Shown piece after piece: positions 51,883 through 64,000 of a DNA stretch of 64,000 bases. The position numbers and the translations under genes are program-made. Every line of letters starts with the position of its first letter. Positions within the stretch are counted from its first letter, which is position 1. Origin of the DNA: Azolla caroliniana. Its lineage: Eukaryota; Plantae; Polypodiophyta. The DNA lies in assembly GCA_043228905.1 (NCBI GenBank), contig JBHGNT010000009.1, forward strand, positions 11,594,001 through 11,658,000. Direction: 5' to 3'. The notes beneath the pieces were generated by a model, which was given only the letters and a program-made list of their open reading frames with translations, was not told where the DNA came from and ran no database searches.

Positions 51883-54800
51883 CTAGGACAATGTTTTGCA
51901 TGCAAAAAGCTTGGTCATTTAAAAAAGAATTGCCCCACAAGATGCATTAAGGATCCCACCATGAAGACCTTTGAAGGTCAGGACACCATAGGAAATCAGA
52001 AGCCTCCCCCACCATGCCTCGATAAGGCTGTGATGGAATGGCAAGTGGTGGGGAAATCCCATGTCCTACGTAAAACTCCACAGTCACAAAATCCTTCATC
52101 GCTAGTGAGCCCCAATCATTTTGATCTACTACAAGAGCTCCCCCCCACAAATGAACACTCCCCTAGTGCTTTCTTAAGCCCCAAGGAAAGGCCCAAGGTG
52201 ACTCCAAACACACAAGAGAAAATCCTTGTTAAAGCTTACAAAACAGGGAAGCGGCGAAGGATAAGTCATGTTAAGACCCTAATGTGGAGCTTTAACGGAA
52301 CTGCACCCAATGGAGAAACAACAAACCAAGGCAGTAGTTTGAATATCACGCCTCAAATCATAGCCTTCCCAACCATAAATGAGTGTGATACATCTAGCCA
52401 GGACCTTGAACCACACCCGCAAAATGCCCTGAAATGGCTAGGTATAGGGCATACGACAGTGGACAAAATAAGGGTACATGTATCGGCGGTACACAAGAAT
52501 GGAGTACCGACGACCTTAATTTCTTTTCCACTCTTGCTTCCAGCACAAGAGGACTGGTCCAAGTCCAAGATCAAAGATACCCTATACAGTCAAGCAACCT
52601 GTTTTGTCACAAAAATAAGAGATGATGCCCTCATGGATGGACTAAAGAAGCATTGGAATAACACACAATTCTAGTGCACCATGGATGAAGAGGAACCTCA
52701 TCTCTGCCACATCCACTTGTGGACTATAATAGACATCCAACTAACTCTAGGCTTCTTTTATTTTTGTGGCCAATTACACGGCCCGAATCAAGGAGATCTA
52801 CGACTCCCTCACCTCCATCAACGTGAACGTCGAGGAGGATGAAATGGTGCAGATTTATCATGGAGGGTTAGCGTCAAAGTTCGGAGCATTCCGAACGGCG
52901 GTCCGCACATGGGAGATTACGCCTTCGTTCTTCGAGCTTCAGTCGATGTTGCTTGTGGAGGAAAATCCCACAGGTGCGTCAACGAGTACGCACATCCACA
53001 GCAAGATGTTGTACACGGAGGAAGATAGGCCCCGTAGTCATGGAGGACGAGGCGGATCGGCGCGCAATGGAGGCGGTCGAAAAGAGCAGAACATGCGGCA
53101 TAATCGAAATGCCGGAAGTAATTCCGTACCCTCCGGAAGCAGGGAGAGTCACAGTGGCACCAGAAGCCAACAAGAGAAGGCCGCGACGGAATGTTGGTAC
53201 TATGGCAAGAAAGGCCACAAGGAGAGTGAGTGTTGGAAGAAGAGAGCCTATTCAGACAAAGCCGAATCGAGCGGAAGAGACGCAAGAAGGTGTCAGAAAT
53301 CGCACTATGCAGAAGGCTCCGAATGAGCCGGAAATGGATCAGGCCCCGCCTTCGTAATCAAGCACAAGGCCAACTCGATGGCCGTGAACACCTCAAAATC
53401 GAGCAAGGTGTGGTATGTTGATTCCGGAGCATCAAATCATATGACAAGTCATGAGGAATGGTTCTCGTACTTGGAGAAACTGGAAAAACAAGGAGTGGTC
53501 GAAACGGGAGACGACACTCCGCATGCCATTGAACATGTCGAAGAAGTTCCTCTCAACCACGTCGGGCAGAAAGGGAAACTTATGAACATGTTGCACGTCC
53601 CGACAATAACCAAGAGCCTGGTGTCGGTCGGTCAGATCGTCGACCAGGGGATGCAAGTTCAATTCACGCACCTCGGGTGCCACATCGAAGACGAAGGCCA
53701 AGTTATTGCGCAAGGGCGCCGTGAAGGGAGGATTTTCATTCTCGACACCAATCAAGCCAGGACTGCACTATTCGCGAAAGGACAGAAGGTCGAATCAGAT
53801 ATCGACCTATGGCACAAGCGGTTCGGCCACGTTAACTTCCCACTACTTCGTGAAATGCAGACGAAGAACATTGTTTTTAGATTGCCAAAATTTCGGGGCC
53901 GTAATGGCCAAGTCTGCGAAGCCTACCAACTAGTGAAGCAACACCGACTTCCATTCCTCAATGAGAGTAATCATAATCGAAATCCGTTGGATGTGATCCA
54001 TTTGGATGTGTGGGGACCGGCACAGAATGTGAGCTTCGGTGGTAGATCCTCAAGTAGATGAGGTTTCGATAGATTGTCGGAAGCCTCATTTACTTGACAA
54101 TCACTCGGTCGGACATCAGCTATCCAGTCGGAATGATAAGTCAATTTATGTCGCAGCCCATGACTGAACACCTTCAGTGCGCGCAAAGGATATTACGATA
54201 TGTCAACGCCACGAAAGACATGGCATTGTTGTATCATGCAGACGTAGCCGAGTAGTTAGTCGGCTACACGGATGCCGATTGGGCCGGAAATGCCCACGAT
54301 CATAGATCCACATCCAGATACGCATTCTCATTGGGAAGTGCGGCGATCGTGTGGAGTAGTAAGAAGCAGCCGACAGTAGCACCGTCAAGCGCTAAGGCCA
54401 AATATCGAGGGGCGATTGTCGCTACGTGCGAAGTCATTTGGCTGAAACGGCTATTACGGGATCTAGATGTGGAGGTGTCCGATCCGACGATGATCTATTT
54501 CAATAACCTCAGCAGCATCCACCTTCTGAAGAACCGTGTATTCCATGCCTGGACAAAGCACATTGAGGTGCACTACCACTTCGTCCACAAGTGTTTCCTT
54601 TCTAGTGAAGTCAAACTAGCGTATGTTCCAACGGGTCGGCAAATTGCCGACATCTTCACCAAGCCCCTTGGTCTCAACAAGTTACGGGTTGAGCTAGGTT
54701 TGCGTCACCTCGACACACCGAACTTGAGGGGGAGACAGGAACAGGAGCGGTAGTAACCATGATGCTGAATCAGATGAAGAATTCGATTTTGGGACGACTA

Positions 54801-57800
54801 AAGAAGCCGAAGAAAAAAACAAGGGTCGTAACTGCAAGGAAGAGCCAAAGATAGCCGAACATAGGGGAAACAAAGCCAAGAAAGGCGTAAAGGCCATGAC
54901 TAAGACATGGTCGGACGTAGCTAAGGGCCTAAAGACAAAAGACGAATTGGAGACAGCCAATTCGAGTGAAAGCGGGAATCAATTGGAAATGTTCGATTCA
55001 ATCGTAATGTTCGATTCGGATACGCCGAATCAACTAAGGGCCAAGTGGAGGAAAGAGCCACGAAATAGGTGCCAACACCGCGACAGCAGGGGAGCTGAGA
55101 AAGGCCACATGAGCAGACAAGCCAACCGAAAGGGTCGAGGCACGCGGAATTGGACGGGTCGAGGAGGGCAAGCGAGGCGTGAAGCCAAGAGAAGCCGGAG
55201 TGAAGATCCAGAAAAGCATATGGAACCTCAAGTTGAGCTTGAGGGGGAGTGTTGAGAGACAAGCTCAACATTGGGTGCGTAACCCAGTACGTAGACTGGG
55301 TGCATAAAACCGTACACAAAATATGGTCGTGGTAGTGTTTAAACCGGAATGCCGTTAGAACGTTATTCCTCGTAAGGAATAGTTTTGGGAGTTAGTGTAG
55401 AAGGCTCATTTATGAGCGGTAAAGTATTGTCAGTACTTGTGTTAGCCCAATAGTCGGGGCTTGTATAAAAGGTGCTCACTGAGCACCAAGTATGTACAGA
55501 GAATTATTTTTTAATATAGTTTTGTATTTTTTTCTCTCTCTCTCCCTCTTTTTCTCTGTGATTTCTGCATTTTACTGAACTGTCGTACTTCCAAACCATG
55601 TACTCTGTGCTCTTTCGCATACACTTCCGCACACGTATTCTTTTACACATTCTGACAACTTCCAACGAAAAAGGGATTCTCTCTTATTCTCCCGATCAGA
55701 CGGGCAGAATAGTGGACCCACCCTATCTCGCAGTGACCACATTTATGTGGGCAAGGCTCTAGAAGCGAAGGGAGGGTGGTGTCGCATAACTCCAAACACG
55801 ACTTTCTCTGACCATTACCCGGTAGTTGGTCATTTTCAATTGCACCGAAAAGGGGGCCCATTCCAGCCTCGTATCCCACACACTATTTACACAGTTATAG
55901 AGGTGAAGGAACAGCTCTCCAACCAATGGTCATTACCCGTCAATGACTCATCAGCATTTGACAAACATCTAGCTATAATTAACAAGAGCCTTACAACGAC
56001 TCCAACAAAGATACCCGTCATGTAGTTGGATCATAGGACAAGTTGCCATGGCCAAACATGAACTTAACGTAGCGGAAAAGGAAATATATGACATGGAGTT
56101 TCATGGAAGCATGGCGCGATGGATTCTAGTAGGGGACAAAACCACAAAGGAATTATTCCGCTCCAAAAGCCCGAGGCACGCTAGAACAATGATGTGCAGC
56201 CTCAACCAAGAGGGTGGAACGACCACTGACGATGGCGATGAAATGAAGAATATTGCCACAAGTTACTATAAACGCCTACTTACCGAGGATACTATGGCCA
56301 CAAGGGAAGACATAAGAGAAGATATTATCCTCCAAAGCATACCCGAGAAAGTCACGACGGAAATGAATACATGGCTGGTGCGTCCCCTATCAATCATCGA
56401 GATATGGGAGGCCCTCTCTGATTTGGATGCAGATAGTTGCCCCGAAATTGACGGTCTCATCCCTCACTTTTTCACATGCCTTTGGGACACTATTAAAGAA
56501 GACCTCCTCTAGGCATATGAGGAGATCATCACCTCTGCAAACATGCCGGAGGAATTAGGACAAGGGATGATATATCTCATTCCTAAAAGTGGTGGGAGTA
56601 CCGACGACATTAGCAAGTGGTCGCCCATAACTCTTCTCAATATTGTCTATAAGTTGCTCGCAAAAATTGTGGCACGCCGTTTAACACCACTTCTCCCTCA
56701 ACTGATTAATCCATCCCAGACAGGTTTCGTTAGAAATCGGATCATCCTAGACAACCTCTTCTCATTCTGGGAAGCAATAGCCCTTGCCAAGTGTACCAAC
56801 AACAAGGTAGCGGTGGTGCTACTAGATTTTGAGAAAGCATATGACAGGTTATGCTGGAACTTTCTAGAAAGTGTGACCGGAAAACTCGGCTTTCAAGAGA
56901 CATGGATCAAAGGCATTGTAGGACTTTATAAGAACGGCAACAGTTGTGTTTCACTAGCAAGTGAAAGGGGCCCCTTTTTCCGAATATCCCGATCTGTATG
57001 ACAAGGATGCCCACTAGCTCCATCCTTATTTCTACTATACGCTGAAGCACTCTCTTGCTTTCTCAACTCGCGGCATCTCAACCTACATGGTCTTCCCGTA
57101 CCTCATTCTCACCAAAGCATCCTGGATATAGAATTTGCATATCACACAGCGGTCTACCTGCAAGGGGTCTTGGAAAACCTCCAAAAGCTAGAAAGTGGGT
57201 TAGCCATATTTTGCAAGAGCTCCAATGCCATGATCAATTGGCACAAATTCTGTGCAATATGGCTTTCTCATGAAACACATCCTGCGTGGCACCCACATCC
57301 CGCTTTCAAATGGATCAATGAAGGAGTGAGCACCAAATATTTGGGTTTCCAAATTGGTTTCAACATACCGCTAGAGACTATGATTATGATTACACCCATT
57401 ATCCATTCCATTCGACAAAAGTTGATATATTGGAGTTCAAAAAACTGTCGCGAACGGGTCGCATCATAGTGGCAAACCAGGTACTACTCGCAACAGCATG
57501 GTACAGTCTAGCATGTTGGACAATCTCCAAGTAAAGTATACATCAGATTCAACGACTGGTACGCAACTACATTTGGTCTGGTAAGGAAGATCATGTAACT
57601 CGTGCCAAGGTGGCATGGCCTATACTCACGGCACCTAAGTCGAGAGGAGGATTGGGTCTTATTGATCCCCTTTCACAATCAAAAGCCTTACTTGCCAAAT
57701 TTGTGGTGCGAGGACTCCAACCAGGAAATGACTGTTGGAAAATGCTACTGCAGTTACGTTTCACTTACTTTAGGTCACGAAAAGGGGACAATTGGGCCCC

Positions 57801-59353
57801 CCAAATGAGATGGATTCTAAACATGGATCTCAAACCTAGTTTCTCCCACCAATTGGAGGATAGATCCAATGCATCCATGTGGAAGGCATGGTGTGACATT
57901 AGACGAGGGCTCAAGTGCGATCAACCGAGTTCCAAACCTGCCTAGCTCAATCAACATATCCTATGGAACCCATGTATCAACGATGAATCTAATCAACTAC
58001 TAGGATCACGTAAGGGGTTGTCATGGGAGTACATTGCAGAAGGTCCAGGAAAAAGTATAGAATGTTGGAGACGGTTTATGTCACTGCCACTACAGGATGA
58101 AGCCAACATACTCCATTGAATCAAGGGCGAATGGACTATGAGATCGGAAATCATTAACGCTCTATTGATTAGGGAAGTTACTACTCAAAGGACGACAATG
58201 GAGAAATGGATAGGCTACGAGGAGGAGGGATCTTTGATCCCCAAGAGGTAGGGGAACACCAAACAGGATCGAAGGTTCTGAATTGTGAGACACTGAGTCA
58301 CCAACATAGAATAACGCAATTCGAGAACTTGCGTATACTGTTCATAAATGGATTGTAGATCCTGATCGATCAAAGTACAACCCAATTGGCACATATATAC
58401 TCATGAAAACATATGTCTATGTAAAGTCAGTTGGGAACCTTTGCAATGGACATGGCATGATCCTTACGTGGGCAAGGAAGCAAACCCATCCTTTCTTCCA
58501 ATTCACAACTAGATTGGGTCGCCACATTCTAGCTGCTCAAACTGCCCGAGAGTCGACTACTGCAAAGGTCTGGCACACCTTTCAAGTTCCTCACACAATT
58601 ATCACCAAGTTTTGGTAGAAAATCTAGAAACAACAACATGCGAGGTGAATTACCATGTTCCAATGGCTATTAATACATAAGTCACTACAGGTGGGAGCAT
58701 GGCAACGTGGGAACCTTAGCTCTCCTAATTGTGTAGAGTGCCCAAATGCAGTAGAATCAATACGACACGCTCTGTGGGACTGCCCAGCGTCCCATTGAAT
58801 ATGGCGGGGGGTTGGCCGCTTGTTGCAATTACGTCAGGTGCAAGGCTCAATCAAGTGGGGAATATATATGTTGGCTATCATGGCAGACCCCAATTGGCAG
58901 ATACGAGCATCAGGAGGAGGGGATGACTTTGGTGATAAAAGCACAAAAGGTTTTTTTCTCCATCAACGGCAATGTCCACTCACCTCCTCTTAATGACAAA
59001 CCTCAAGTTGTGTTGGAATTGGTCAGCCCAATAACTCTTTGGATTCTATAGAAACAACGGTGTAGGCGTGTCTTCTCCAACCAAACTGCGCATCCAACAA
59101 GGTTACTGCAAGAGATATGGAGTGAAATTGTAGCCACTCAAAAGAGCCAATATGATGGCCTCAAGGGCAGCTCCGATGGAGTTGAAAGACAACGATTCAC
59201 CTTCATCCAACAATGGTTGTCCTCTCCCTTTCTTGAGTAAGTGAGCATCCACAGAAGAAGGAACTATCGCATCCCTACAGGGATTTGTACATAATAGTCT
59301 CATTTGTAAAATTTTATAACTAATGGAAGGAGTTTTTTTCTGAAAAAAAAAAA
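51883..59353 (+). mobile_element. L1-clade LINE, degenerate, interrupted by a Copia remnant
   Basis: ORF1 zinc knuckle CFACKKLGHLKKNC near 51892. Endonuclease end SDHYPV near 55810. RT motifs IYLIPK, PITLLN..YKLLAK, QTGFV, LDFEKAYD, QGCPLAP, KYLG. RGGLGL and zf-RVT remnants. Poly-A 59343-59353. Confidence 0.85.
52764..55647 (+). mobile_element. Ty1/Copia element (Bryco-like), 5'-truncated and internally deleted
   Basis: gag tail with ECWYYGKKGHKESEC, PR WYVDSGASNHMT. The IN start jumps near 54047 to the RT C-terminus and RNase H (TKHIEVHYHF, IADIFTKPL). PPT TTGAGGGGGAG 55239-55249. 3' LTR 55250-55647. Confidence 0.87.
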
Positions 59354-60677
59354 CAAAATACTTCACCACTATTTTATTATGTTCTCCAAGGTGACAATAT
59401 CAAATGATATAGCACAACTACATGTGACTTGAAAAAACATAGAGTTCGCACTTTTTTGAAGATCTAAGAATTAAATGTATTCCTATCTCCATTGAAAATA
59501 ACAGAAACAGTCCATCATATACGAAAGTTTAAACCACAATATGAAAGAAGCCTTCATATTGCATATAAGAGACTTAAGTGACCCCTACAAACTATTATGT
59601 GAGTTTACATTATTGTAATGAAATTATTCAAATATGTATGGAAAGTTTGTCATTACAAAAAATTAACATTATGTTTGAGTTAATGTATATAATGAGATTG
59701 ATCTTGAAATTTGTGGCTTAACAACATGGAACTTGGTGTGTTTGCATTAAATCATTTTATGTGATTATTGTGGATGATATTGATGTGGATGCAAGAGAGT
59801 GTATGAGTATTTCGAGAACATAAGAACTGCCCATTCCATTTCCAACACAAGTTGGAAATCACAGCCTTTCACCCCTTTTTACGAAGGTAGGCATTTTTTG
59901 CACACACTCAAAAGTTGTCTAAGTTGAAAGGTAGGAAAAACAGAAAATGTTGTTTCTTCCATTAAATATTGAATGGGTCTTTTGAAATGTGAGACCCATG
60001 ATTGGTTGATTTTGATGCGCTTTCATCCATGAATTGCAAACCTAACCGTAACTCACACTTGGAAATGTTATGATTTTACTCTTGAAGCGATGTGATTCCA
60101 TTGGTTCGAAGTTAACATTTTTTATGAGGTTATTCACTTTTTCCATCACAAGTAAATGACAATGTACAAGTATCACCACCTTATACGGAAGGCAAAGGAT
60201 CTTTGGGTCCTGAGAACACACACACACTCCATGTGATAAGAATCATCTTTACATGAAATTTGATTTCACTGAAAAAACAATAACAAAGTTACAACAATGG
60301 AGAACATTGTGAAGCATTTGGTGGAGATGAAACATCTCAAAAGAATGAATGCATATACATATTTCAACAATAATAAGATTGTGGACCCTATTTCTATTCT
60401 GTTTCATAGAAAAATGAGACACCCCAACACTCTCATTTGTTTTTTCTCCCCCACGTCCTATTTGAATTTAGAATTGTCTCACTTAAATATCAACAATAAA
60501 GCTTACATTCAAACGCTAGGACTTTTAGTTGCGTGGACCCGCTGGATAAACTATGAACACTTATTAGATCCAAAAACCTTTTCAAGTAAATTTACATATA
60601 TTCCTTAATGCCTCATTTAAAGCATTAAAACTTTGTTATCTTCAAAACTTAGAAAATGAATGAAAATACATGATGAA

Positions 60678-60713
<36 letters not shown>

Positions 60714-63700
60714 GTATATACGACTCACGACCCTTTGATTTTACTTGGAAAATTTATTAACTAAAAAAAACATGTGAGTTCTAAACTTGGCATGACATGT
60801 AGATAAAGACATATAGGCAACACCACTTCATTTTATTTTGGGAAATTAAAAGAAAACACAGAAGGATGATGTAGAAGAAATTTTGAATTATGCACATTGC
60901 AAAGATTTTCAAAGAGGAGATAGGATTTTCAAGCACTTGTAAAGCTTGACATTGAAAGTTTTGAAAGTTTAGTAAACCCATTCACTAGGGCACCTATACA
61001 AGAGTTTCCCTCTAAATAGATACGATGAAATCAACCACATATGCATTCATTACATGTGGGCACTAGAATAAGGCAATTGATGAATATTGATTGTAATGCG
61101 ATGAACTGATTTGCCACTAAGTGGGAGAGATTCACATGCGTCCCTTTATTTTACGTCTATGTAAACAAGTATGTTATCATCATCATCCCTTTCTTCAAAT
61201 TGGAGTAATGTAATAGAGAAACAAGAATCATGGGGAATGTTTTGATGTTTTGGTGAAGAATCGTTGTTTATTTTCGTACAACCACCCTGTGGACCCTGAT
61301 ATCATTCTATTTCATGATAAAGAACAATATTTCCTTCACAACTCTAATTTTCTCTTTCATTCTCTGTAGTGATCACTACCTCGTCTAATGAAGAGCAAAA
61401 GAGAGCATTTACTAATCCAAAGATGGGAGTTCTTGAAGGCCACCTCTTATAATAGTAGATGTAGCCCCCATGAATTTGACTTACAAAACTTTAAAACTTG
61501 GGAACATAAAACATAGGACCCTTATGCTAAGTAAGACATGAGGCTAGAAAATGGTGTTTCTATAGGTTTTTCAAGAAATGAAATTGAACAAACACTATCA
61601 AAAGGTAAAAAAATGGAGATAGCAAGATTCATCATGATGAACCACCCAAAACCCAATTAGATGTCACGTGATGTTATATGTATGTATTCTATAATCTTCA
61701 TTCGAGGCCAAAGTATAACATTTTCATGTAGTGTGTGTGGGATTTGTTAGCCCTTGTCAAAGTTCAACAATTTACTCGTAGAGATTCCATAGTGTGACTA
61801 AGAGTTGAATGCCCACCACATGTCATGTGGCTAGTTTGGCAGTGTTAAGGGGACACAAATTTGTTGCTAACATACTTGTCATGATTTCTTCAACATGTAT
61901 CACGTTCCTCCACAACGCATCAAGATTTTCACCATCATCATCAAGTGTTGGAGATGTGAACATGGTATTTTACTTCTAATGAAGTGATTTTGTTGGATGG
62001 AGCACTTCAAGGAAGTTGTCCCAAAGGATGTGTTGTGTTTTAGCCATTGAAGAGGATGTGATTACAATGTTATGACTAGAGAAGTAACGGAAAAAGAAAG
62101 GCACAAATAAACAAGAAAGTGGTAGGACTTACATCTTTTGGTAATATATGCCTTTGTAAATATGAGTAAGGTAGAACCATACGAGGGTCATGTACCTCCT
62201 ATTGTTAGTGCCTCTCCACACACAACTATAAGAATCATCTCCCAACCAGAGAACGAATAAATGTGATCCAATGTATGGTCATGGGCATAACACAAGAATG
62301 GCATCCCAAACAAGGTTGCTAGGAATCAAAAGTAAATTCTCGATGACCAATGCTGACTATATAATTGAAATGAGGATTTGGGATTCAATTAAAAGGATTT
62401 GGTAACCCCTTTAGACTAGACATCACAATAATACATATTAGAACCAATGACGCTCAGTAAAATGAATCTTGATGGCAATATGAATGAACAACATCATCAT
62501 TGAGGAGAAGGATTACATAGGGGTGTTCGAAAGTGGCATTAGGTTGACACATGTAACCATATTTTTTCACTAGATCACTACAATCTTCACAATTGAAAAA
62601 ATGGTTAGGTTGGAATTGCGAACCTTCAAGAGAGTTGAGAACTCTATGAACAAATGTTTGGATCATTGTGAGATAAGTCGAAATTCTAAAACAATTAAGC
62701 TCAATAAAGGTTTTATATGAATGGTCACAATAATTTAGTGGAGGGTTCCTTTAGTTTCTATTGGGCTATTGAAGTGAAGTTACCCTAGGTTGCCCATCCT
62801 TTGTGATTGGCATATAGACAAGACCATGGGGATTATAGTTAGATTCTTTGGATAATCCTCATAGAACCGAGGTTTAAAGCTCTTTGTTATACTTTGGTTT
62901 GTTTATTTTTTTTGAGGGTGGATGTATGAAGTGATCAAATCCAAATTCTATTTCCCCATTTTTTAGTGATTACATATTTTAATAATCAATAAAACCCTCC
63001 ACTTGCGTCAAGGATCAATGCATGTCTTCATCCTTCTGTTGGTGAGAGGGGGGCCACGAAGCATACCCATCCAGGAGGCACCGTTGACATCATGATGCAC
63101 ACGTAATACCATATAATAATTTCTTTTATCATTGCATGTGGCAAACCATCCAAACAAACAAAGAAACATGCTCTATGCATTCGATTTATTGAATGAATTG
63201 TTGGGGGAGGGGGGGTCCATTGGATGAATGGAATTTATGAGTGGTCAAACATTGTATGCATGTGTGTTTATTTGATGACTTTTCCCCTTTTCTTTTTGGT
63301 AGGGGGTAGACATTTCCTTGGCAAACTATAACAATCTCCATGTTTATTCAAGCTTTTCCAATTGTATCAATGGAGATACAATAATCCAAGATGGTGTGGG
63401 GAAACCATAGTCTCCATAACCTCTTCTACAATTGAATGAATGATATGGTTGAAAGAACTATGTAACCTGTAATCCAATCCAAGTCTTTGATTTCCTTTGG
63501 ACACAGTGGGCATAAGGTATTTGGACACAATCACATCTCTTCTATCTAATAAGCTCTTGAAATCATCGACAACAATGCGTATCCATCAACCGATATAGAT
63601 ATATGTACATAGATATATATTTAAGAGTTATGAGATTATGTGTAGTAAGTAAGTAAACCAACGGTGGCGAGCGTCATATTGTCTGTCTGTCTGTCTGTCT

Positions 63701-64000
63701 GTCGTCTAATGCAGAAGCTCTGCAGGATGGAAATCGGAATCAGAAATAGAGCTATGTGTATGTATGGGTCAGGTGTGTGACCACCAAAGCCTAACAAGAA
63801 GAACCTAATTCGCCTAACATAAAAAAAAAAAAAAAACAAACTTGGTGGGTGTTATTATGAAACAATGGAAGACTGCTCTCATAGCAGCCTCGCCTGCCTT
63901 TCTCCTTCTTCTCCTCCTCCTTGTGATTCTGGCTATGGTGTTTTGCCATTCAAGAAAGTTGTTCCTCCACGGCCGTGGAAATAATGATATGGGCAATCGT

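Noticed and set aside
45576-51887. A single intact Gypsy element with TSD
   Set aside because: The LTRs belong to different families, the flanks CATGG/CTAGG mismatch, and RT is duplicated. Treated as a chimera.
59400-63600. Short ORFs in the AT-rich region
   Set aside because: No domain signatures, splice-consistent exon chain or terminal repeats found by eye.
63814-64000. Possible exon of a minus-strand gene at the window edge
   Set aside because: Short, low-complexity Arg run and no recognisable homology. It may be a UTR or first exon but cannot be supported from this window.

Overview
Eukaryotic, TE-dense land-plant DNA, probably a moss or other bryophyte (inferred from the Tcn1-like, Phygy-like and Bryco-like retroelements). 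One intact host gene is present: a 9-exon spermidine synthase (21734-26632, +, 316 aa). It lies between two nested retrotransposon clusters. Left cluster (474-20200): a solo LTR carrying a Mutator-type MITE; a Copia element with an RTEX/CR1-like LINE in the (TC)n tract of its 3' LTR; a short-LTR Gypsy remnant containing a chromovirus, which itself contains a Copia solo LTR; and an L1 3' fragment. Right cluster (30821-59353): a tRNA-Trp-primed Gypsy, three Copia remnants, a solo LTR, a chimeric chromovirus, an L1, and a young 3.4-kb non-autonomous LTR element. Two observations stand out. (1) The 3.4-kb element (37051-40447) has a tRNA-Arg-type PBS next to each LTR, in opposite orientations, and no canonical polypurine tract. 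(2) Three divergent families of chromovirus-type LTRs, two with self-priming signatures, carry an antisense tRNA-gene-like module (Pol III A/B boxes, partial cloverleaf) at the tip of U3. Coordinates were counted by eye. Lineage and tRNA assignments are recalled from memory, not searched.
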